Assembly: GCA_949290785.1 (NCBI GenBank)
Contig: CASETE010000013.1
Location: 72,361 to 136,360 of the forward strand
Reading direction: 5' to 3'
Source: an uncultured Pseudomonadota bacterium
GTDB lineage: Bacteria; Pseudomonadota; Alphaproteobacteria; Rs-D84
DNA length: 64,000 nucleotides
This document shows, one piece after another, positions 18,446-25,613 of this stretch (position 1 is the first letter of the stretch; each line of letters opens with the position of its first letter). The position numbers were made by a program, and so were the translations under genes. The notes under the pieces are model-generated. The model had not been told where the DNA came from and did no database searches. It saw only the letters and a list, made by a program, of their open reading frames with translations.

Positions 18446-18976
18446 TTAAAAGGTTGTATTAAAATGTACGTTTATTGATTGTGCGTCCGCACTGATGTTT
18501 ACGTTCGTTCGTTTGCTTACAAATATCCACGTCATAGCGCTGCTGATTGCGGCGCCGGCAAGTACGTCGTGCAGGTGATGTTTGTCCGCATAAATCCTTG
18601 AAAAGCCCGTAAATGACGCTAATAAGTAAGGTACGATGGCTTGTTTTAGTCCGTATCTTTTGTGTATAAACGTTGCGCCGGAAAAAGCCGCGGCTGTGTG
18701 TCCGCTGGGGAAAGAGTTATCGTCGCTTTTATCGGGTCGTTCTTCTTTTATTAAAGTTTTTAATCCCAAGACAGTGGTTTCCATCGCCAGAAAAGACGCG
18801 GAAAATTCCAAAGCACCTTGATAGTCTGTTTCGTTCATTGCCATACCGAAAGCGTATGCGGGAACTATGACCTGCATATAGTCGCCAATTTCTTCTATGC
18901 CTGGGCCGGCATAGGTCGGGATACAACGCTGGAAAACGACAAAAAATACGGCGGTCGCTTTGTAAAAGTTTGTCAT
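18446..18976 (-). CDS. PAP2-family phosphatase (membrane)
   Basis: Three PAP2 motifs: KEERPD, PSGHTAAAF, SRIYADKHHLHDVLAG. Start moved to ATG 18976 (AAGGA RBS); the track extension to 19087 has no support. Confidence 0.8.
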   Translation of the reverse strand: MTNFYKATAVFFVVFQRCIPTYAGPGIEEIGDYMQVIVPAYAFGMAMNETDYQGALEFSASFLAMETTVLGLKTLIKEERPDKSDDNSFPSGHTAAAFSGATFIHKRYGLKQAIVPYLLASFTGFSRIYADKHHLHDVLAGAAISSAMTWIFVSKRTNVNISADAQSINVHFNTTF

Positions 18977-19328
18977 TGTAATATCCTTTTGATTAAAAAA
19001 ACACCTACTGAAAGTAGGCGTCGGGAAGTTAATCAGTCTGATATTACAAAGACCTCGTTGCTTTCCCTGTTCGGTATTGTATGGCAAACGACTTCCCGAC
19101 TTTTATATATCGGGACTGAAAGTGTCAATAATGCAGTTTCTGCATCAGTAATATCAGGGTGATTAAGCCCTTTTATCTACTAACAGTATGCTGACCCTAT
19201 TTTTATATAGGGATAATATTAATATAAACGTTTTATCGGTTTAGTCAATGTGATTATGTAGTCTTTTTTTGTATCACGTGACATTTAACAATTTGACATT
19301 GCTTTGCGGCGGGGATAATATATGTTGT

Positions 19329-19688
19329 ATGAAAAAACTACTTGCATTATTTATGACGATTTTATCAGGTGCATTAATTTGGCAGGCAAACGCCTTGGCA
19401 TACGTTGATAAAAACGTTGCGGTTGTCCGTATTCTTAATAAAGCCGCAGGTAAAACGCAAATGGTTAATTTGCCTGTGGGTCAACATACGGAATTTGAAA
19501 AGTTGGCGATAACCGTAAAAAGTTGTAAGCAAACAGACCCATTCCAAGCAGAAAATTTCTTTGCATTCGTTGAAATCTCTAAAAACTCCGAAGGAAAAAT
19601 TTTTAGCGGCTGGATGAATGCGAACGAACCGGGTGAAAACCCCGTACAGAACGCGGATTATGACGTCTGGTTGGTAAAGTGCGAATAA
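19329..19688 (+). CDS. DUF2155-like periplasmic protein
   Basis: Signal peptide MKKLLALFMTILSGALIWQANA. VAVVRILNKAAGKT...FSGWMNANEPGENPVQNADYDVWLVKC resembles the alphaproteobacterial DUF2155 pattern as I recall it. Confidence 0.6.
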   Translation: MKKLLALFMTILSGALIWQANALAYVDKNVAVVRILNKAAGKTQMVNLPVGQHTEFEKLAITVKSCKQTDPFQAENFFAFVEISKNSEGKIFSGWMNANEPGENPVQNADYDVWLVKCE

Positions 19689-19700
19689 AAGGATGAAAAT

Positions 19701-20006
19701 ATGAAGTTCTTAAAAAAGTATCTTAAATTTTTCATAGGCGTAGCGGTTTTGATTTTGGCTGTTTTGGTATTCTTCTTGGCGCAACGTTCTGGCGATTTGG
19801 AAAACGCGAATCTAAAAAAATGGCGTAACGCTGACGTTGATAGAAGAACAGCCGCTGTCCAAATATTGGCCGCGTCAGACGAATATACAGATTTGTTGGT
19901 ACAATGTGTGGATAAAATTGCAGAATTACCAGAATCCGGTGAAATGGCGGTTAAAGACGCGGTGTCTTTGTGTTATACAGGTGTATTGTTAAAAGAAAAC
20001 AACTGA
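19701..20006 (+). CDS. small N-terminally anchored hypothetical protein
   Basis: 101-aa ORF with one TM span (FFIGVAVLILAVLVFFLA). Starts 12 nt after the previous gene. Confidence 0.45.
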   Translation: MKFLKKYLKFFIGVAVLILAVLVFFLAQRSGDLENANLKKWRNADVDRRTAAVQILAASDEYTDLLVQCVDKIAELPESGEMAVKDAVSLCYTGVLLKENN

Positions 20007-20013
20007 AAATAAA

Positions 20014-21144
20014 ATGTCTGATGATAAATTAATTCGTTTAGATATGGGTAAGAATGTTTATCATGAACATAACGTTGATGGCGGTCGCCCTATTTTGTGT
20101 CTCGGGATAGAATCTTCGTGCGATGAAACAAGTGCGGCCATTGTTGATTCAGACAGAAATATATTGGCGCATATTATTTACTCTCAAATTCCAGAGCATC
20201 AAAAATATGGTGGCGTAGTTCCAGAACTGGCGGCGCGCGCACATATATTGGCCATAGATGAAGTTGTGCGTCAAACGTTGGATAAGGCTAATAAAAAAAT
20301 ATCCGACATAGATGTAATTGCTGCTACGGCAGGTCCGGGGTTGATTGGCGGCGTTTTGGTTGGCTGGATGGCGGCGACGGGTATTGCGCAATCAACTGGG
20401 AAGCCGTTGGTCGCGGTTAATCACCTTGAAGGTCACGCGTTGGTTCCCAGATTACAAGCTACGTCAGCAAGCGGTTCGGATGAAGACAGCAGTGTCGATT
20501 TCCCATACTTATTAATGTTGGCGTCCGGCGGGCATTGTCAGATATTATTAGTTCGTAATGTAGGTGAATATGAATTAATCGGACAAACCTTGGATGACAG
20601 CGCGGGCGAAGCGTTTGATAAAGTGGCAAAAATGTTGGGCTTGGGGTATCCTGGTGGGCCAATTGTTGATAAGTGTGCCAAACTTGGAAACCCGACGGCG
20701 TTTGAATTCCCAAGACCTTTGTGCGATAAGCCCGGATGCGATTTTTCTTTTAGTGGCATAAAAACGGCAGCGCGTACTTTCTTGGCAAAAATCCCAGCGC
20801 CCTATTCTGAAAAAGTGATAAACGATTTTTGTGCTTCTTTTCAAGCATCCGTGGTGGATTGTATTATAAACAGATTAAATCATGCAATGCATGATGATAG
20901 GGTTTTGACGGCCCAGCCAAAGACTTTGGTCGTTGCGGGCGGGGTTGCAAAAAACAGCGCTATTCGCTCGGCAATGGAACAATTGGCAGGTCGGTATAAT
21001 ATGCAGTTCGCTGCCCCGCCAATGAGTTTGTGTACAGACAACGGTGCAATGATTGCGTGGGCCGGTCTGGAAAACTATAAACTAGGCAAAGTTCTAACCA
21101 AACCCATTGCGCCAAGACCGCGGTGGCCATTAACAGAATTATAA
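20014..21144 (+). CDS. tsaD: tRNA N6-adenosine threonylcarbamoyltransferase
   Basis: LGIESSCDETSAAIV, GGVVPELAARAH, SGGHCQ, VAGGVAKN motifs. The exact start is uncertain because of a roughly 25-aa N-terminal extension. Confidence 0.92.
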   Translation: MSDDKLIRLDMGKNVYHEHNVDGGRPILCLGIESSCDETSAAIVDSDRNILAHIIYSQIPEHQKYGGVVPELAARAHILAIDEVVRQTLDKANKKISDIDVIAATAGPGLIGGVLVGWMAATGIAQSTGKPLVAVNHLEGHALVPRLQATSASGSDEDSSVDFPYLLMLASGGHCQILLVRNVGEYELIGQTLDDSAGEAFDKVAKMLGLGYPGGPIVDKCAKLGNPTAFEFPRPLCDKPGCDFSFSGIKTAARTFLAKIPAPYSEKVINDFCASFQASVVDCIINRLNHAMHDDRVLTAQPKTLVVAGGVAKNSAIRSAMEQLAGRYNMQFAAPPMSLCTDNGAMIAWAGLENYKLGKVLTKPIAPRPRWPLTEL

Positions 21145-21160
21145 CATAAAGAGGCTCAAA

Positions 21161-21730
21161 GTGTATGTTATGGATAAACAACTGTTAAATCGTTATGATA
21201 ACGCAACACAAGATTTGGTAAAACAAGTAAAAAACTTAAAAATGCCAACGGGTTTTAAGTCACAATATGACATGGGTGAATATGTTATAAAATTCCGTGA
21301 AATGTTTAAAAATCCAGCCGTACGTAAACTTTTATTAAACCGGGCACAAGAACGTCAACGTTTGTCCAATGGATTGTTTTCTGCCGGCTTTTGCGGTGTT
21401 TCCAGTTATACTTGGATGCAGATGTTTCGTATGCCAGACAACAGTGCTATATGGCGCTTGAAGCAATATGATAACGACAAGAAAAATCCTGTATTAAGTG
21501 ACGACCATATGTGGTTGGAAAATATTTATGATGGCTCTGTATTGGATTTAACCTTTGATCAATTCATAGACAAGAATAATAATTATGTACAAGTACCGTA
21601 TAATGCAGGTAAAAATATAGATACTAATACATATAATAACTTGTACATCGGGCCAATCAAGGCGTTTGCTTATTATGTCGGCATAAATCTAAGCGATTGC
21701 ATATTAAAGAACAAGGCTCGTTCTAGGTAA
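21161..21730 (+). CDS. hypothetical protein, paralog A, putative Cys-His-Asp (transglutaminase/papain-like) fold
   Basis: 189 aa. SAGFC(78)GVSSY, DH(116)MWLEN, VLD(129)LTFDQF. Alignable along its length with the next ORF. Confidence 0.55.
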   Translation: MYVMDKQLLNRYDNATQDLVKQVKNLKMPTGFKSQYDMGEYVIKFREMFKNPAVRKLLLNRAQERQRLSNGLFSAGFCGVSSYTWMQMFRMPDNSAIWRLKQYDNDKKNPVLSDDHMWLENIYDGSVLDLTFDQFIDKNNNYVQVPYNAGKNIDTNTYNNLYIGPIKAFAYYVGINLSDCILKNKARSR

Positions 21731-21768
21731 ACGTAGAAAATAAACAAAACTGTGTTATAATAATATTT

Positions 21769-22224
21769 ATGAGTTACGATAAAATATCTTATGACAAAGC
21801 AACAGAAAAACTTGTGTTGTTGGCCCAAGATTATGAGGTGCCACAAGTTGGCAAATATTCTCTTGATGAAATGGTTTATCTTTTGCGAGAATCGTTTAAA
21901 AACAATGTGACCTTCAACAAAGTTTTTGACATGAAATTGGACAGAAAGGGTGACCCTTCGGCTGGTTTTTGTTTGGTCAGCAGTTATTATATTTATGAGC
22001 ATACCGGTGGCGATAAAATCTGGACTTTGATGGCGTCGCCGTCGCATTGGTGGTTGCAGCACAAGATATACAGCGGACCGTTTGATATTACTTATACACA
22101 GTTTTCAAAACCTTTTGATTATCATTGCGGCCGGCCGGAAACAAAAATATATAACGATTCTATGTTTGCACAAGTTTTGCGTCAAAAGGCTTATATACTT
22201 GGGAAACAGGCGGGGTTAGAATAA
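21769..22224 (+). CDS. hypothetical protein, paralog B, putative Cys-His-Asp fold
   Basis: 151 aa. SAGFC(68)LVSSY, SH(93)WWLQH, FD(106)ITYTQF. The N-terminal YDKATEKLV...FKNN matches paralog A YDNATQDLV...FKNP. Confidence 0.55.
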   Translation: MSYDKISYDKATEKLVLLAQDYEVPQVGKYSLDEMVYLLRESFKNNVTFNKVFDMKLDRKGDPSAGFCLVSSYYIYEHTGGDKIWTLMASPSHWWLQHKIYSGPFDITYTQFSKPFDYHCGRPETKIYNDSMFAQVLRQKAYILGKQAGLE

Positions 22225-22225
22225 A

Positions 22226-23467
22226 ATGATGGAAAAACCAGCGCCTTTTGTACAGCCGGATATGGTGTTTAGTGTTTCTGACGCGTCTGCGTTGTTAAAA
22301 AAAGTTGTTGAAACAGCCTTTCCCAGAATAAAAATTAGGGGCGAATTATCCCAGATTACGCGCGCAACGTCTGGACATATGTATATGACCATCAAAGATG
22401 CTAATGCCGCAATATCTGTTATTATTTGGCGTGGAACGCCCGTGCCGTTTAAACTTGAAGATGGAATGGAAGTTATCGTTACAGGACGCTTTACTACATA
22501 CCCTGCCCGCAGTAATTATCAGATTGTTGTCAGTGAAATAGAAATGGCAGGCGTTGGTGCCATCTTAAAAATGCTTGAAGAACGGAAACGTAAACTTGCA
22601 GCCGAAGGATTATTTGACTCTGCGCGCAAGAAACCGTTGCCAAAATTTCCGCAAAGAATCGGAATCGTAACCAGCCCAACGGGCGCGGCCTTTCAAGATA
22701 TTCAAAACCGTTTACGCGAAAGATTCCCCGTGCAAATAGTTTTATACCCTGCAACTGTACAAGGTGTAACTGCCGCCGCAGAAGTCGCCGCAGGAATTGA
22801 ATATTTTAATCATGCAAATAACGTAGACGTGATAATTGTTGCTCGCGGTGGTGGCGCGTTGGAAGATTTATTGCCGTTCTCCGAAGAAATCGTCGTCAGG
22901 GCTGCGGCTGCAAGTAAAATTCCGCTGGTTTCGGGCGTTGGTCATGAACCAGATTGGATGTTGATAGATTTTGCCGCGGACGTTCGCGCGCCAACACCAA
23001 CGGGCGCTGCTGAAATCGTCGTGCCCACAAAATTGGCACTGATGCAAGAAATTGATAATTTGTGGCATAGATTGTTTAATAACTTTACAACAAGATTAAA
23101 TAACGCAAAGTCCAGGGTGGATGCTATTAATATCAAAAGCCCCAGACAAATGGTTATGGAACAAATGCAGCGGCTTGATGATACGGGTCGTACGTTGGCC
23201 ATTATAATCAATGGTAAATTATTAAACGCAAAGCAAAAAATGGATACTGTAAACAGCGTGCAAAACATACTTGAAAACAAATTAGGTTTATTACATCAGA
23301 ATGTTTGTCATCTGGGTCAAATGTTGAATTCGCTAAGTTATAAAAATGTGTTGCAACGTGGTTACGCAATAGTACGCGATGAAAATAATACAATCATAGG
23401 TAGAAAAGCCGACGGTTTAACGCCGGCAACCATAGAATTTGCAGACGGCGTTTTAAAATTGAATTAA
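22226..23467 (+). CDS. xseA: exodeoxyribonuclease VII large subunit
   Basis: OB-fold N-terminus VFSVSDASALLKKVVETAFPRIKIRGELSQ, SGHMYMTIKD, IGIVTSPTGAAFQD, ARGGGALEDL. Confidence 0.93.
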   Translation: MMEKPAPFVQPDMVFSVSDASALLKKVVETAFPRIKIRGELSQITRATSGHMYMTIKDANAAISVIIWRGTPVPFKLEDGMEVIVTGRFTTYPARSNYQIVVSEIEMAGVGAILKMLEERKRKLAAEGLFDSARKKPLPKFPQRIGIVTSPTGAAFQDIQNRLRERFPVQIVLYPATVQGVTAAAEVAAGIEYFNHANNVDVIIVARGGGALEDLLPFSEEIVVRAAAASKIPLVSGVGHEPDWMLIDFAADVRAPTPTGAAEIVVPTKLALMQEIDNLWHRLFNNFTTRLNNAKSRVDAINIKSPRQMVMEQMQRLDDTGRTLAIIINGKLLNAKQKMDTVNSVQNILENKLGLLHQNVCHLGQMLNSLSYKNVLQRGYAIVRDENNTIIGRKADGLTPATIEFADGVLKLN

Positions 23468-25105
23468 TGTTTTGGCGGTTGCCAAAGATTCTGGGGTTAT
23501 TTCTGCGCCGCTGATTATTCTGGCAATTTCATTCAGTCTTTCTTCGTTTGCGATTTCTGAAACCGTTGTGACTGTATTGTTATCATTGACGCGCTTTTCT
23601 ATTTTAAAGTGTTTGTCCGCAAAGCCCGCAACCTGTGCAGAGTGTGTTATTACCAATGCTTGCGAATTATGTGCCAGTCTTTTCAGTCTTTGACCGACAG
23701 CACTGGCGGTTGCGCCACTTATCCCGGTATCAACTTCGTCAAAAATAAAAGTATGTGCCGTTTGATCGCCGGATAATACAACACGTAACGCCAGCATTAA
23801 TCTTGCTAATTCGCCACCCGAAGCCGATTTGTGCAACGGCGCAAACGGTGTGCCTGGATTGGTCTTTATCATAAATAAAATGTCGTCACATCCCGTTGCG
23901 TTAGGTGCGGCGTTTGTCTTTTCTATCATAAAGTCTGCCTGACCTAATTTTAAGTCAGGTAATTCTTGCAGAATTTGTTGGCGCAACTCTGTCGCATAAT
24001 TTGTTCGCGCAATAGATAAGTCTTTTGCAAGGTCGTTAAAATATGCTTTTTTATTTTCTACGTCTTGTTGCAATTTTTGTAATTCAATATCAGAATTTTC
24101 AATTGAATTTAATTGGGCTGTCATTTCTTCTAACTTTTGCGGCAACTCGTCCGCGGGTATATGATGTTTGCGTGCAGCAGAACGAATTGCAAATAATCTT
24201 TCTTCTATTGAATCTAAATCGCCCGTATCAATATCTTTTGGCGTAATATGTTGAATGACATCTGCAACAGTTTGGGCGGCGTTATAAAGCGCGTCAATTT
24301 GTTCAGTATATGGATTCGGGTCTGTTTTAATGCGCTCAAGAATGTGTGCAGCTGAATATAACTGTGCGTCTATGGATTCGCCGCGCCCTGATAAAACCGC
24401 ACAGGCGTCTGACAATATCGCAGAGTTTTTTTCTGCGTTCATCATATCGGCACGACGCGTGGATAATTCTTCTTCTTCGCCAACCCGTACGTTTAAAGAT
24501 TGTAATTCCGCAATATTATGTGTTAAAAAGTCTTTTTCCAATTCAGACTTGTCCAGCATGTTTTGTAATTCTTGCAGACGACATGTGGCATGATGATAAT
24601 CGTAATAAGCGTTCTTGACTTTCGCCAATAGTTCTGCGTACTTTTTGTCTTGCAAACATGCAAAAGTATCCAACGCAACGCGATGCGTTGATGGGTTTAA
24701 TAAGGTGTGGTTTGCAAATTGACCATGGATTTCTACTAGTTCGTCACCAATTTGTTTAAGGGTTTTTATTGATATCGGTGTGTCGTTAACCCATGCGCGA
24801 CTTTTCCCGTCACAAGATAGCGTTCTGCGCAAAATTAAAGCGCCTTCATATTCAATTCCGTTTTCGGTTAGTATGTTTCCTAGGTTTTTATTAATGACGT
24901 CAAATTCTGCCACAACAGACGCCATGTTACAACCATGACGTACTAAACCCGTGTCTGAACGGGCGCCCAGTGCTAATGCCAGCGCGTCTAACAATATGCT
25001 TTTGCCCGCCCCTGTTTCGCCAGTTAAAATATTTAGCCCAGATCCGAATTCCAGATTCAGTTTTTCTATCAATACAATATTTGAAATACTAAGATTTGTT
25101 AACAT
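23453..25105 (-). CDS. recN: DNA repair protein RecN
   Basis: LTGETGAGKSILLDAL Walker A, coiled-coil middle, C-terminal SGGELARLMLAL and FDEVDTGISG. Confidence 0.95.
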   Translation of the reverse strand: MLTNLSISNIVLIEKLNLEFGSGLNILTGETGAGKSILLDALALALGARSDTGLVRHGCNMASVVAEFDVINKNLGNILTENGIEYEGALILRRTLSCDGKSRAWVNDTPISIKTLKQIGDELVEIHGQFANHTLLNPSTHRVALDTFACLQDKKYAELLAKVKNAYYDYHHATCRLQELQNMLDKSELEKDFLTHNIAELQSLNVRVGEEEELSTRRADMMNAEKNSAILSDACAVLSGRGESIDAQLYSAAHILERIKTDPNPYTEQIDALYNAAQTVADVIQHITPKDIDTGDLDSIEERLFAIRSAARKHHIPADELPQKLEEMTAQLNSIENSDIELQKLQQDVENKKAYFNDLAKDLSIARTNYATELRQQILQELPDLKLGQADFMIEKTNAAPNATGCDDILFMIKTNPGTPFAPLHKSASGGELARLMLALRVVLSGDQTAHTFIFDEVDTGISGATASAVGQRLKRLAHNSQALVITHSAQVAGFADKHFKIEKRVNDNNTVTTVSEIANEERLNEIARIISGAEITPESLATAKTLIQF

Positions 25106-25169
25106 GTTATAAATTATAGTCGTTTATAAAGAACTTTTTCAAGGACTTTATGCTTGTTTATGTTTGTAA

Positions 25170-25613
25170 CTATATTTGTTCCAGACTGAAATCAACCAGC
25201 CATAAAATATATCCTTTGATTTGATAGCCTGGAAATGCGTCTTGTAGTAATTTTTTATATTCTGATATCTGCAACACATGATCGTCGTGACGCGCTTGTT
25301 TGTCCGTATCTGTTTTATAGTCCAAAATATCTATTGTTTTTTCTGTTTCGTTTATTTTTAATCTGTCTATTCTACGGCTTATAAATTTGTTGTTTATATA
25401 GCCTGCTATTGGTACTTCTGTCATAAATGGTTTTGTAAAAAAAATTAATAAAATCTGATTGCTAGATATTTTTTGTAACAAATCGCTTTCGGCTTTTTGT
25501 GAGATGTTGTTTATGTCCATATTCTGCAATATTGCATGTATAGTGCGTCCATGTTTGGTCGCCATTTCTGTTTGTTGTTGTTGCGATAATAATGTGCGTA
25601 AATTATTGCTCAT
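25170..25613 (-). CDS. AddA C-terminal PD-(D/E)XK nuclease domain as a separate ORF (split gene or frameshift)
   Basis: GRTIHAILQ, then EVPIAGYINNKFISRRIDRL...IDILDYKTD and QISEYKKLL. ATG 25613 overlaps the stop of the upstream helicase ORF (25603-25605) by 11 nt in another frame. Confidence 0.6.
   Translation of the reverse strand: MSNNLRTLLSQQQQTEMATKHGRTIHAILQNMDINNISQKAESDLLQKISSNQILLIFFTKPFMTEVPIAGYINNKFISRRIDRLKINETEKTIDILDYKTDTDKQARHDDHVLQISEYKKLLQDAFPGYQIKGYILWLVDFSLEQI

Noticed and set aside
18977-19087. N-terminal extensions given by the ORF track for several genes (PAP2 18977-19087, ATL 38784-38876, lipoprotein 43537-43587, rubrerythrin 45503-45568, DUF1013 33544-33570, peroxiredoxin 37600-37662)
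   Set aside because: In each case an internal ATG has a proper Shine-Dalgarno sequence and gives the expected protein N-terminus. The extensions overlap tRNAs or promoters, or they add non-homologous residues.
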